A stretch of 55,593 bases of DNA, filler included, from Streblomastix strix (taxonomy: Eukaryota): the NCBI GenBank assembly GCA_008636045.1. It is 3 parts of 3 records of this genome, joined end to end, with 100 filler letters (N's around TTAATTAATTAA, not from the genome) between each part and the next. Parts side by side here need not be neighbours in the genome. Positions count along the whole stretch, not along the records: positions 37,152 to 55,593 come from SNRW01000606.1; 2 more parts are not named here. One strand, given 5' to 3'. The translations under genes were made by a program, and so were the position numbers. Of this stretch, positions 37,152 through 50,154 are shown one piece after another; position 1 is the stretch's first letter; each line of letters begins with the position of its first letter. The notes under the pieces were generated by a model. The model was not told the DNA's origin and searched no databases. It saw nothing but the letters and a program-made list of their open reading frames with translations.

Positions 37152-40100
37152 CATAAGCTATACGAATAATTATAATAGATATTCATCAATTAAAGATATA
37201 AGAGATAGGGTGAAAAACCATTTAGAGTACTCAACTATCTAGAAGCAAAATTAGGTGCTAAAGAATACAATAGAAGAGTTAAAATGCTTAATGATGAATG
37301 TTATGGATTACATAAGAATCATTTTAGTGAACCAAGTATAACAAATTCAGAATAATTAAATAAAAATAGGGAACTTGATTAGAAAGCATTCGTTTTCTTC
37401 ACACCATATAATTTATCAGCTTATTATGCTAAACTAACTCAGGCACACAGGAGATTCTAAGAGAAAAATGAAGTTAGTATTGATAGAGTATCTGATGACT
37501 TAATGATATCAAAAGGTATATTCAATAAAAAACCATATATCTAATATTATTACAATCATTTTTATGACTTATAACAATTGAAAGAAAAAATCGATTAAGT
37601 AAATGAATTAAAGAAATCTAAACCATATAAAGTATATATTAGTTTTGGATCTATATATTTGAAAAAAAAATAATTCTATAAGCGCTAACATACGTTAGAT
37701 GAATATAATTACTCACACACCAGACCAAGTGCTGATAATAGTTATAAGACTTTACCTAACACTGTAGTTCGAGATAAACGAACCAATGATTATTTCGAAT
37801 AAAAAGCTGTTGACTTGCTATCAGATTATTTTGACTGTAATCATGAAGACTCAGCAACATTTAAGGAAACATTAAATTCGTTTTTGATTGCTGTTTAAAG
37901 TCTCCCATTAGGTACTAAAATGGATAAAATATGTTAGCATTTCTGCAAAGAAGGTGTTACTAGGGATTTTGATTATGAATTTAATATTTGTTGGTTTATA
38001 GTTGCGTCATTTGTTTTACACCCTGAGATTGCTTAAACAAGAACTAGAGTTAGTGACACTATTGAACTGTTTCTCAAATTCCATGACATTAATCCAAGTT
38101 GTAGATTAAATATTTCTAATAAATAATTGCTAGAATCATATAAAGGTTTCAATTTGGTTTCTGATCTTGAAAGATATCAGTAGCTATTCAAACTAAATGT
38201 AATCACATATATATATGATGAGGTGAAACATAAAACAAATCATAGTGATATTGAATAATTTAAAAAATTTGTAGAACATATTATTGACAAGGACTATCAA
38301 ACTGTTAATGTTCTATTAGTTCCATTGTCATTGGTTGACGAAATTCATGCAATGTATATTAGTGATATTAATAAAGTTATTAATGGAAAACTGTACCCTT
38401 ACAATTGTTAGAAAAAATTTATACTAAGAATTAACATTACTTGCGCGATCTTGCTAGACATTTGAAGCAATTTTAGGATCCTGAAGCATCTAAATAAAGT
38501 AAATTAGATCATTTACCAAAGCTACATTATCCATATATATCAAATAATAAACAACTTTAGAAATTATTAGCAAAAGGCTAGTAAGAATTATTAAATCCTG
38601 CACTTAATTATATTGCATTTGATTTTGAAATAGTAGAGAACATAATTAGTGAAGACAATGTGATAGCATAATTAGAACCATTATCTGTAGCATCAACGTC
38701 AACAATAAATGATTAAATTACGACGTTATATTTTGATTTATGTCATAGTTCTGATTTTATTGAATAATGGATAAGTTAATTGTTTGAAGTTGCTATTAAA
38801 GTTAATGAATCTAATCAATAATACATACCTGATGTTACCATTGAAGATAAAAACTATAAGCCATATAAACCCCAAGTGTCTGTTATTGGATTCAATTCTA
38901 AAAAGTTTGATATGAATCTATTACTCAAATATTTAATTAAAAAAAGACTGAAATTTAATTTATAGGTTCAACAATATAAGCAAAATAGACAACTGTATTT
39001 AATTAAGATTATGACTTTAACATGAGATTTTTCGATATATTATCATTCATTCCACCAAATAACACATAAATGTATTTCGTTGAGAAATCTAGAATTAAAG
39101 GTATAAAATTAACAAAGAGTATATTACCACATGGATCATTCATATTATGATAACTATAAATAAGTCTTAGGATAAACAACACCATTAACAAAGGAAGTTT
39201 TCTATGATAAACTTAATAATAAGAATAATAATGATAAAGTGTATGAACGGTACTGTAATGATTCAATCAATTTTGAAAATAAATGGGAGTATCTAAAACA
39301 TTATAATATCAGGGATGTAAATTGTATGATCAACAAAATTAATCATCTTATTCAAATTACGTGGGAAGAGAAAGTTTATATGTTAGGTTGTATATCATTA
39401 GCTCAAATTGCTAGTTTAATTAAGTACAAGTACTATTATGATAAGTTCGATATCAATGCAAGTTAAAATATAGTTAATGGATTTGAATAGTTTGATGTTA
39501 TCTAATACTGGAGGAATAACAAAGTCAAAGTATATATCAATCAATATGAGTATACTAAGATGGATACAACTAATAATGTTAATGAGGATGAATTTGAATG
39601 GATTAGAGATAAAGTAGCTAGTGAAACATGTCATCTATGCTACAACAAATTGATTAAAGAAAACAAACCTACATTAGATAGAATTGATAATTCATTTGGT
39701 CACACAAAATAGAATTGTCAATTAGCTTGTAAAATATGTACTATAGTTAAAGCTGATAAATATAATGTTATTAGTAAATTAAAGATACAATTAATGAAAT
39801 ATGCTATCCATGAACATCTACCTATGACAATTAATAATGAATCAGTAAATAATATGTTAAAGAAATGTTTGTAGGGTGGGCTGTCAAATGTGTATCATTA
39901 ATGTAATTTCAAAGGTGTCACACATATTAATTAACTTAGATATAATCATGTAACTAAATCAATAACATCATATGATACTTAATATATAATTACTCACATC
40001 TGTGATTTATATTTCAACTTTCTCTATCCAAGTATATTTAGTGGAATCTTTAACAAAAATAATCCTTATATAAATCATAGAATATATCAAGCAGGTGGAT

Positions 40101-41428
40101 TGATTAGTTATTTTAAATGTACATCTTATAGTTCGAAATAGAAAGCTCGAGACATACTTATGAGAGCTGATCGAATTAATGACAAGAGGTAACTATTCTG
40201 TGTGAAAATTAAAGGTTATATTGATGAAAAACATATTAATTCACTCATAAATTTAGCATTAATATTGCGAAAATTAACATATAGCAATTCAATTGAAAAG
40301 ATAGGCAATTTATGATTAATAAGATGACATCATAGGGACTTACTGTCGACAAAATAATTACAAAACTAACATCATTGCTATCAACGTACAATCAATTTAT
40401 GAGCTTCTCTAGTTATATTTTATAGGTTTTGATTGACTATTGTAACTTTATTATTGATGAAATTGATTCAAATGCTCTATTTGAGAAACACTTATGATTT
40501 GAATCATATGCCTATACAATGATGAGTAAGATATAGGATGCAATTAGCCAACACAATGACACGAAATCACTATACTATAAATAGATTCTAAATAGTGCTT
40601 TTGGAGGAGAAGGATAAAATATTGCAAAATTTGATAAAATTTCATTCAACAATGCTAGACAAGCATAACTCAAATAATTAAAATAGGATCATAAGGCAAC
40701 AAGGAAATTAAGTGACGATATATTGAATTCTGATGGCGAAGTTATTGAAGAAACTTAATATATGGTTAGTGAATCACCTAGATAATTTAAGTGTAATAAA
40801 CCACTTCAAGAAGCTGAACTTATATTAGACAATAACAAATTTTGGTATCTAAATTATATATTCAACTTCCTCTATAAATGTATTGATATGGATAGAGTTC
40901 ACTTATGTAATATGGATACTGACTCAATGTATTTAGCTATTGCTGGATCATAAATTGAAGGTTATAAATAAAGATTGAAGTATGTGATTAATTACTAAGT
41001 GTTCTATGACTAACACTATAAAGAGTGGCTTTCATGGGACAATTGTATTGTTGCTGAAGAGATAAAATTTTGCGCGAATAACATCCGAACCATAAGGTGA
41101 AAATATCGTCTGTTTGGCACCTAAATGTTATAGTCTATACAACGGAAATGAACAAAATAATGGAATTGAATCATTAATGAGTAGGATGAAAGATGTAAGT
41201 GAGAAGAAGGCTAATTTAACAACTAATGATTATATCAAATGCTTGAATGACGGATGTAACGTCAAAGTGACTACTAATAATTCATAAATGAAATTGGGTG
41301 TAAAGTCAATGATAGGTATGGAAAAATCAGCGCTAACAGTAATTCATAATAAAATGGTTGTATTATTCAATGGATGTTGTGCACCATTTATGTATGGAAT
41401 TAATGCTGATCATTACTTAGTTGAGTGA
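37152..41428 (+). pseudogene. Protein-primed family B DNA polymerase (Polinton/Maverick-like) with HNH/endonuclease VII-like insert, frameshifted
   Basis: Exo I YIAFDFE (~38610-38630), Exo II IGFNSKKFD (~38885), Exo III YLKHYNIRDV, CHLC...LDRIDNSFGH..NCQLACKIC (~39628-39740), GGLSNV, motif A YFNFLYPS (decayed), motif B KQILNSAFG, motif C MDTDS (~40912-40926), LAPKCY. Stop TGA at 41426-41428. Confidence 0.92.
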
Positions 41429-42119
41429 TATTGGTTTATTAATGATGATGAATGTGCCATAGGAATTTTCTTTGAATTGACCATATCGTTTACATATAAC
41501 ATTGATGAATTGCGCTCATTTGTGTCATAGGTTTTTGCTTAGAATTATCCATATCATTTGTATATCACATTGATGAATTGTGCCTTAGTTGTAAAATCAT
41601 TTGGTGTGAAGATTATGGTTATAATTAGCGTTAATAAAATAGCTGTCAGTTGTAAAAATATATATCATATAGATGAAACTGTCACGGGAAGTGGAGATTA
41701 TGGGGATTTGTTGATATAGTCACCAGCCGTGGAAATTATGAGTATAACTAACGCGGTTGAATCGGGCCTTAGTATTGACAGTGAATTGGCACGGAGATTA
41801 TGGTTACAATTAGTGCTGCCGAATTAGTGCACTGTGGTGCAGCCCAGATATTATTGCTAAATGAAAACTAAGTAATGAACTATAAACTTGAATCAGTGGA
41901 CTTGTGTCGAAATTTTATTAGTAAAAACCTTTATACTTATAAAAATAGGAAATGGACACTAAGAACATATCATACTTTCATATATTCAATTAGATACTCC
42001 ACTTATAAAAGCAGAGAAAATAAATAAAAGAAAAATCAAGAAGAATTATATTAAAGAAAAAGAATTGGACGAAACAATTAGAAATTAAAAATAATTAAGG
42101 AAAAAGAAGCTGAAAAAAT

Positions 42120-44230
42120 CACGAAAATGAATAATCCTTTACTTTACAACCCCATATAAAGGGATAACATGACAAATCACTCAATACAATTGCTTTAATA
42201 TGATAATCAGTTATATTATTCTTTTCTATTACCAATTTTGACATCTAGTAAATTTTCTAACCTAGTCTCGTGTTTACACATTTCGAAACTGTTCCTTCAA
42301 TTATGTTCTCTATTATTTGTGCTTTAATTATTTTGTTGGTTGATTAATTGATTCCTTTTAATTTTATTTTTGTTTTATCATCAACCTTTATGTAATAGTT
42401 TTTAGGTGCTAGTGCTATCATATCTGCACCTTCTCTTTCAACTGCTAACCCTAGTATCTTCTTTTCATCCAACAAATCCCTTTCAATAGTTGGAAAAAAA
42501 TAATTTGCATTTTCATTGTAAAATTATTAATCCTTTATAACATATTTGAACTGTTATTTATAGCCTTCATCTACATTACTTGGTACTGCCCAATACGCTG
42601 AGTTAGTATCTTCTTCTGCGAAATGTATCTTGTCTACATCTAAACATTTATACATGAAATTATAGGTAAAATTAAGATATCAATACTTTGCATTATCTAA
42701 AACAAAGTAAACAATTTATAATGGTGTTTTACATGTACATTTTTCAGGGTTCATTTGTATTGCACAAATGTTATCTGACAACTTCTAGTCATTCAAAAAC
42801 GTGTTGGAAAAATGAGCTTATAACGTCTGTTTCTCGTTCATTTTTTTTTGAATCTTTCTCTGAATTCATTCCATCACTACCATAGGAACTATTCATGATA
42901 ATTTTATAGAATTGTTCTAATCCTTTATTTCCATTAATTTTTGCATCTATTCTTTGAGTTGTAAATTCTTTCACAAATGTATTGAACTTGTCATGCTTAT
43001 TAAACAGTATTATTTACTTAACATTATCAATTATGAAATGACAATCATCAATAAGAAACCACAAGTAATAACTAGAGAACGACATATACTCATCCATACT
43101 TGATTGTAAGTTTGTAAGCTTACATCATTTCTGATCAACTTTTATTCAATTGCTTTTCATATGTTAGTTCTTGTATTCACCTATTGTTTCTTCATTTGTT
43201 TGAAACTCATAGTTCCGTAATATAGGAGGGGAATTAATGTAATGATTGATATGTGTATCATCAATGTGTCCCTTTATTTCTGCAATAATTAATTAACTTT
43301 TTCATTATATCTATTTTAACTATTTAATATGTCTAATATTTTTTGTTTCGTTTCATTTGACCCTTTAGGTTTGTTCACTACGGAATCACTTATAATTTTA
43401 CCACTGACAGACCCAGGCATATACATTTTACCACCAGTATATTTGATGAATTTATGACGTTCTGATGACAAGACACTTGGAAGTAAAGAATTGAAATATG
43501 TGCCAATTATATGTGTTATTTGATGGCCAGATGTTAGGACTCGTACATTCATATTTATTGAATCCTATTCAAATTTCTTTATAAAATCTTATCTTGCAAC
43601 ATTAACCCTGTAAGTTACGTTAGATTGCCTATTAGTGATCCATTTTCTGATTAGTTTATATATATCCATATTTATTTGATTTGTTGGTAAATTATTGAAA
43701 CTACAAAATATTCTTAATTATATAAATAGCTTACTTATATTTTTATCTTTATTAGAACAAAAACAATTTCAATGCAAACTCGCAGGTTACATTTTATGTT
43801 TTGGATGACCTTTTAAATTGTTTACTTTATCTACTGATTGTTTGCTATTCTTCGCAAATTCATCTTCACAAATCGTGCACTTTCTATCTTTATAAAGTTA
43901 TTTGAAATACTCAAAGTCTTATTCTTTTACGTGGCCTGTTGTGTCTCTCTTCTAATATTTATCTTACATCTCGTATGATAACACTTTACTATTTCAATAT
44001 TACTGTAATAAAACAAAACTTAAAGATGTGTCATTATTTAGAGGGTAGTTATTATTTATGTCAAAGTCTTTGTAAGCAAGAAATTGTTTTGTTGCATTAG
44101 CAAATGCGGCCATAGACATAAAACTAAACAAATCTATATTATATTTCCTATACATTTCTATTAGTTTATCTATTGGTTCAACCATTATTTTAGTATCTTG
44201 TTCGTTGTAATATTACAGAAACAATTCAGA
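42120..44230 (-). pseudogene. Second, divergent protein-primed PolB (C-terminal two-thirds), convergent with the first
   Basis: CTIC...DKVNNLKGH (HNH-like), motif A YFNSLLPS, motif B FYKIIMNSSYGSDGMN, motif C EDTNS (decayed DTDS), ALAPKNYY, KLKGIN. Confidence 0.9.
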
Positions 44231-44519
44231 GTAATTCAGATTTTTTGTTTAGAAATATAATTAATATGATAAATTGAATTATTAGTTTGGTTAATTTTAA
44301 ATAATTTTGATTAATATAATGTTTATATTCTTTCAAAAATAATAAAATTTAACATAATTAATTAATAATTAATTAATAATATAAACAAAATAATTAATAT
44401 ATTTGTTAAAAATATTTTATCAAAATATAAATTAAAATTTCTATAAAGATATAATAATCATTAAAAGCAATTATAATTTATAAATAAAATAAAATTGTGA
44501 TTTGATTATCTTAGTCTTC

Positions 44520-45790
44520 TCATCATTTATTTTAATCATTTTCAAGTTCATCCATATATCCGTTAAGAATATATAGTTTAGGCTGCCAAAAATTATTAGG
44601 TTAGCCTTACCACTATAATCCAATAATTCTCGAATCTTTGTCAGAAATTTCATCAGGAGAATTAAAAATTAATGAAAGGATATAATTTAGAATCGGTTCT
44701 CCATGTCAATTCCTTATTGATGATTTAACTCTTTTCATTGCACTGAAAAGACGTTCAACAGATGTATTTGATGGTGTGATTGTAATTTGAATTTGAGCTA
44801 ATGTTCTTATCTTCAGTAATTAACTAAATTCTTATGATCTCAATATAATTTAACTTGTTGATTGCTCAGATTACCTCCTACATCTTTAAAAAGATTTCTT
44901 TCTTCAACACGTTCTTATCGCATTTAAATTGAAACTTATCTTTTTTATTATCTATCATGTATTTAGTTTTTCAAGTTAATTTATTCTTAGTTTAATGTTG
45001 ATTACAATTTGTGATTATTTCTATTCTTCTACAATTTTGATTTATAATTATTTTCTATTTCTAAGTGATTTAACTTTAATACTTAAATAAATTGTTCTGC
45101 TAAAATTGATATTTCATTATTACCAGCATTAATTTTTAATTCTTGATCTTCAGGTATTTTGAATGAATTGAAAATCTTTATCGAGCTTATAATATCTTTT
45201 ATGGGAATCTTTTATCAAGATTTGTAATTAGTGACTTGATATATTTTTTTGTTTAATTTTCTAATTTTTAATTATCTTTTTCATCCATATTACCCCATTA
45301 TTTGAAATTCCCCCATTATTATGAGTACTCTTTTGAAGTTATTTCATCTTTCTTTAATATTGCTAATCTATCTTTCAAAATTAAAATTCTAGGAATGAAT
45401 TCAAAAAGATCAATGCATTGATATGGGAAGACTTTAACTGTTAGTTCAAAGACAGATAAAACTGTTTGAAGTATTACTAAATGAAAGATGAAATCTTTCT
45501 TACTAGTTACAAGAAAATATCCATTGGCAATAGGATCTTAATCTTTGATAGATTTCAGATGCTAGTTATTTTGAATATTTTGGTTTTTTATTCTTATCTT
45601 AATTGAAATCATTATCTAAAATTCTATTTTTATTAAGCATAAACTATTCATTTTACAAAATTCATTGTGTTTCTTAACCGTTTTGTGCTTAAATTCGTAC
45701 AGTTTTTGCACATATTTCAATTTGACTTACAAGTCGCAGCAGTTGATAAATCGAAACAAAATCCTGGAATATTATATAGCCTGTGGATGT
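44520..45790 (-). pseudogene. hAT transposase remnant (C-terminal dimerisation domain clearly visible)
   Basis: TLAQIQITITPSNTSVERLFSAMKRVKSSIRN (~44715-44810). The upstream part is degenerate, with ETQ* at a probable TRW position. Confidence 0.8.
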
Positions 45791-46384
45791 TGATTCATTT
45801 TTTTCAGTAATATTAATTTTGTACTATTTTAATAAAATAAATATTAATATCAAACATAAAAACATACAATTTATCTATCCATATTTAGAAAAAGTAACAA
45901 GCGATCATCTTAACTTAGAAATAGTGGATAATCAGTCACAAGTTTCGAAGATTCAAATTATTCACTTTAATCAAGCATTCTTCAGAAAATTGTACTATTC
46001 TAGTTGAATTCGTCTCCATAAATATATAAGTATAATAATGCATGTCAGTAAAATACAATTTTTTAAAAAAAAAATATAAAATTTAGATATTTAAAAAAAA
46101 ATAATTCCTTTTAAATTATCAAAAAAACTGTCTACTTTAATTAACTTTTTATTAAGTTAGTAAAATAAATTTTTAAAATATAATTGTTTCATTCAATTTA
46201 TTGAATTAGAACATAATAAAGTATCATGTTAAAAGAGATTAGAACGAATTAAATTTTTGCTTATTTTCAAGCAATTAATCATATCTAGTCACTTTAAAAA
46301 TAGTTGTATTTTTGTCTTTGAATTTTTAGAAAAATTATCAAAATAGATGAAGTCGAAAATAGGCTTCTTTTCTTAAAACTCAAA

Positions 46385-46425
46385 GTGGCAACAAAAATGG
46401 TTCAAAAGTGGCTGTTGCCACCCAG
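46385..46425 (-). repeat. Probable 5' TIR and subterminal motifs of the hAT remnant
   Basis: The minus strand begins ctgggtggcaacagccac, resembling hAT (C/T)AGGG-type termini. Local inverted pair gtggcaaca (46385-46393) / tgttgccac (46413-46421). The partner TIR was not found. Confidence 0.45.
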
Positions 46426-47024
46426 TTTAAAGGAGAAAAGAATCCCTAATGTCTTTAGTTTGTGCTCTCTAGATTAAAATTTTACATTTCTAATATCTCA
46501 GCCCTTATATCCTACTCATATTCAATAACATCCAATCCCTTTTTGTCATGATTTATCTCTTCAACAATAACATAAAAAAATTAAATAATACCTTAAATGC
46601 TCTATGTTCATGTTCATTATAAACATAATTATACATGCTTGTCTATTACTTTTAATGAATCAATATAATTATCGTAATATATTAGACTTACACCATCTTT
46701 ATTTACTTTCTTTATTTTTCATTAAACCCCTTTTCATGCACGTTTAACTCCATCATTAAATTTTTCTTCACCAATTGGCTGAAATAATAATCGTGTAAAA
46801 TTATCACAATCAGTTTCTTACTGTCTCTTATCGACATATTAACATTTATACCCTCTTATTTTTTGAGCTATCTCTTAGTTCTATATAATACTTATGAAAT
46901 TTTCCTTTCTCTCTTAAAATTTAACAGGCTTAATAAATTTCTTTGACTCTTACAATAACTTGAAGCTATATTCTTCATTCAATATTCTTCTAGCCTTCTT
47001 CTAATATTATTTTTATTTTACGTT

Positions 47025-47099
47025 TGTGCTCTCTAATTATAAACTAAGTGTGCTCTCTAATTATAAACTAAGTGTGCTCACTATTTATAAACTAAGTGT
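47025..47099. repeat. 24-bp tandem repeat, ~3 copies (tgtgctctctaattataaactaag)
   Basis: Copies at 47025, 47049 and 47073. A partial copy (tttgtgctctcta) lies at ~46460. Confidence 0.9.
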
Positions 47100-47640
47100 A
47101 TTGACTGTTGCATTTAATTGTGGCATATTGTACGTATTACCAGTGATGATTTTGATTTCAGAAAATTTTTCTAATCTATATTATTCATTAGCGCTCCTAT
47201 AATTTTTTCTTTATAAATCATGACATATATTAATAAACGTGCATAGATTGAATTTCAGTGTTGCTAACTAGTTTCTCTTTTCAACCTATGTCGTTGTTCC
47301 CTATTGTAGCCTGAACTGCAGCAACAGTTTAGCTTCTGTGATCTACTGTTCAGACTGTTCCGCCGTGAAAAAATCAATTTTCGTAATTTCTTGCCCAGAT
47401 AACCCCAATAAAAGTGCAAACGCTGTTGTAGCCGCATTTGGTGGCACGTCCTCTTGTATTATAATCGTTTAGTCTGGATCCAGCTGGTCTATATCCAAAT
47501 TCTGGCGGAATGAATTCTTTAGCATTAACTACACCTAAACTGTGGCAACCTGCAGATTTGATGGTCGTTTACTTTTGTTATTAAACATATTGCTCTTCAA
47601 GTGAAGTGACTACGTGAAGTGAGTATCAGGCTCGTTTTCA
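47100..47640 (-). mobile_element. Decayed remnant of ORF1 from the DIRS element A family (empty-site paralog for the MITE insertion)
   Basis: The reverse complement aligns to 24430-24957 (cattccgccagaa, ctgaaattcaat.tatgca) and continues directly into sequence matching 26000-26125 (gtaatacgt..caatta.atgc), with an internal deletion. Confidence 0.85.
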
Positions 47641-48044
47641 AATGTTGTAAGTTCAAAGTATAAATTTCTTTTTTCTCTTTAATTCGCATCCATTTTTGCA
47701 AGAATCCATTTATGAAAATATTTTTAATAGTTCAAATATCATTTTATTAATAAATAAAAATAATATTATGAAATATGATATAAATGACTATTAATGATAA
47801 AAGTTACACACTATTTTGTTTTGTAAAGCTCACATCAACTGATTGCATAATTAGGAATTAGTTCAGTGATAATTGTCTAAATATATATAATAATCAACAA
47901 TTGATTATGCATATTTTATATATTTCATTCCAAAAATCGAGGTTTTCGACATAGCTATAAATTCCAAATTTAAAATGAAAGCTTTTTATTAACCTTTTAA
48001 TCGTTTAAAATTGTAATAAAAATTATATTTACTTAAATTTTTTT

Positions 48045-48150
48045 TAGTTATCTGCATATGAGACTATTGCTTCTCCTCTTTATTATGAAATTGCCAAATG
48101 GGCTGCCAGGATTGGGTGATGCGTTGAGCATCCCATCTATAGGGGTCTGC
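48045..48150 (+). repeat. Right ITR of DIRS element B
   Basis: gagactattgcttctcctctttattatgaaattgccaaatgggctgcc...ggggtctgc matches the reverse complement of 55475-55565. Confidence 0.9.
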
Positions 48151-48589
48151 AATGTATAAATATAATAAAAGAATGCGTTAAAGTTATTGATTAAAGTGCC
48201 AAACTGGTTTTCTGTGACTAAAAGAGTCCTAGGCGAGGTGATAAACAAAAGTAATCGAGTGATAAGTAAATAAAAAATTAAAAGAGAAACATCTTCCCCC
48301 ATAGTTTTATCTCATTTATATGAGGAAAAAAGAAATTCTGGTTTAAAATTGTCCATGATATGTATAAAAAAAACTCAAACTGATGCATTCTCATTCATGA
48401 CTTCTCATTCAACATTTCTATGCTTCAGCAGTTGTTGCTCGATCAGAATCCTTTGTCATACTTGAGTCATAGGTTTCATCTTGTGGTTCTACGTCTTAAC
48501 CATCCTTGTACATTTGTGATTTCTAGACCTTTGCACTCTCGCGATCGTTAGAAGACTCAGTTTCAACGATGGTTTGTGTCGAAATGATC

Positions 48590-49675
48590 AGGAGGACAGA
48601 GGTAAAGCAAGAGTCTCCTATGGAGATAACTATAAATCATCTCCTAAAGGAGATTACTGTAGTCCATCTCTTTCGGAGACTCTTGCATCACCTCTTTATT
48701 TTGAGATAATCTAAGTAGCTTGCTTCTCGCCATGATTCTTTACGAGTGCAGATGTTATAGAATCTTGCTCCCTGTTTACAGCGAAAATGTGGCACTCCTT
48801 ATTCATCTTTGAATCTGGTGTACGGTGTGTTATGACGTTTTCTATCATTCTATCAAACCCTTGTGCTGTAAATTTTGTAGAAATAGCGCATCTTATGGAG
48901 TTTACGGTTGCGCCCTTGATTCCAAGCGAATCAATAAGTCTCTCAAGACGTGTGCTAATGTATTTCTGATCAGCATGCCCCAAATTTTCAGTCCAGAATA
49001 AGTGTATGAAATTTGTTGAACTTTGTTAGAAATGTTCTCTAAGTCTTATTAACCAAACTAAAAATGTCTCTTTTGGACGCCTTCAAGGATCTTTTGTACT
49101 TTTTACATCATATTTTTCTCTTTTCCTAGATTGTTTGGGTTTTATGCAAACTGCTGCTGTATGTTCTTCACCATCTATGATTGATCCTGATAGATCTATA
49201 ATTGCCATCTTTTCCATTCTTACAAAGCATAATGGCATTAATAGTGTAGCTAGCTTTACTTGCAGCTCTTCAATCGAGAAGAGATTACTTTCAGCTCTCT
49301 CTCTCCATTGATCATAAAGGTAACTGATGTCCCAGGTCCTCCCATATCTTGGATTGTTAATCTAATGATTAGAAATTGTGTGTGTGGCATGTATGTACGC
49401 AGTTACGGACTCTTATACTGTTCCAAATATGAGAGAAACCATTGTATTGAATATTGATGCATGATTTTTTTTGATTGTTGCTATATTTTCTATATTCTTG
49501 TTAATCATATCATGAATTCAGTGTGTGTTAATGATATCTTCTTATTCATGATATCTTCGATTATATAATTCTTTTCTTTCATCTAATCGTCAAATACTCT
49601 CAATATCTACATATATTTCTTTTGACTGTTGTATTTTAATCCTTCTATTGTCATTTGTTGGGTTTCTCTAGTCAT
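48590..49675 (-). pseudogene. Tyrosine recombinase of DIRS element B
   Basis: CFVRME (R), KPKQ, FLVWL, NSIRCA (decayed SIRHA), THRTPDS. The C-terminus runs through the ICR. Confidence 0.85.
48598..48710. repeat. ICR of DIRS element B
   Basis: 48649-48708 is the reverse complement of ~55533-55592 (left end). 48598-48635 is the reverse complement of ~48043-48079 (right end). Confidence 0.9.
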
Positions 49676-49699
49676 GTTTATGTTATTTATGAATTCTAT

Positions 49700-50150
49700 T
49701 AATAGTTTTCTTCCTTGTTCGACTCTTGATCCATGACGAATGCCGCGATTTTTCCTGGTGGTAGCATGTCCTTCCTTTTCGTCATCTCCTTCCTCAGGTT
49801 CAGAATCAGAGAGCTCTCACCAAGAAGAAGGTATCTACTACTAACTGTAAGTAAGTGCGTGAACCATATTTGACTTGGCCACCAAGGTGCTATCAAGATT
49901 GATTTTGGTTTAAACATTTCCCAAGCGATCAGGGCTTTTCCAAACTTAGGAATTTATGTGTATATCCAAATGATTTTCTCCTTTCATTGACTCGAAAATG
50001 CAGTTAACCGCTATGTCTCTTCCTCTCCTAAAACCATGAATCTATCTACGAGTTGGTTTTCCCCTGTTGCGAACAAATCAAGCGTTAATATTATCTACCA
50101 CGCTTAGCACAGGGCTGTGAATATCTTTTTTTTTATTGAATATTCGCCCT
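49700..50150 (-). pseudogene. MT (N6-adenine methyltransferase-like) domain of DIRS element B
   Basis: DLFATGENQLVDRF, WIYTQIP (decayed), LIAPWWPSQIWF. Confidence 0.8.
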
Positions 50151-50154
50151 GGGT

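Noticed and set aside
34890..38400. Apparent large inverted repeat or head-to-head PolB pair resembling Polinton termini
   Set aside because: The two copies lie on different contigs separated by an artificial linker. Contigs appear concatenated by size (18477, 18474, 18442 bp), so the adjacency is meaningless.
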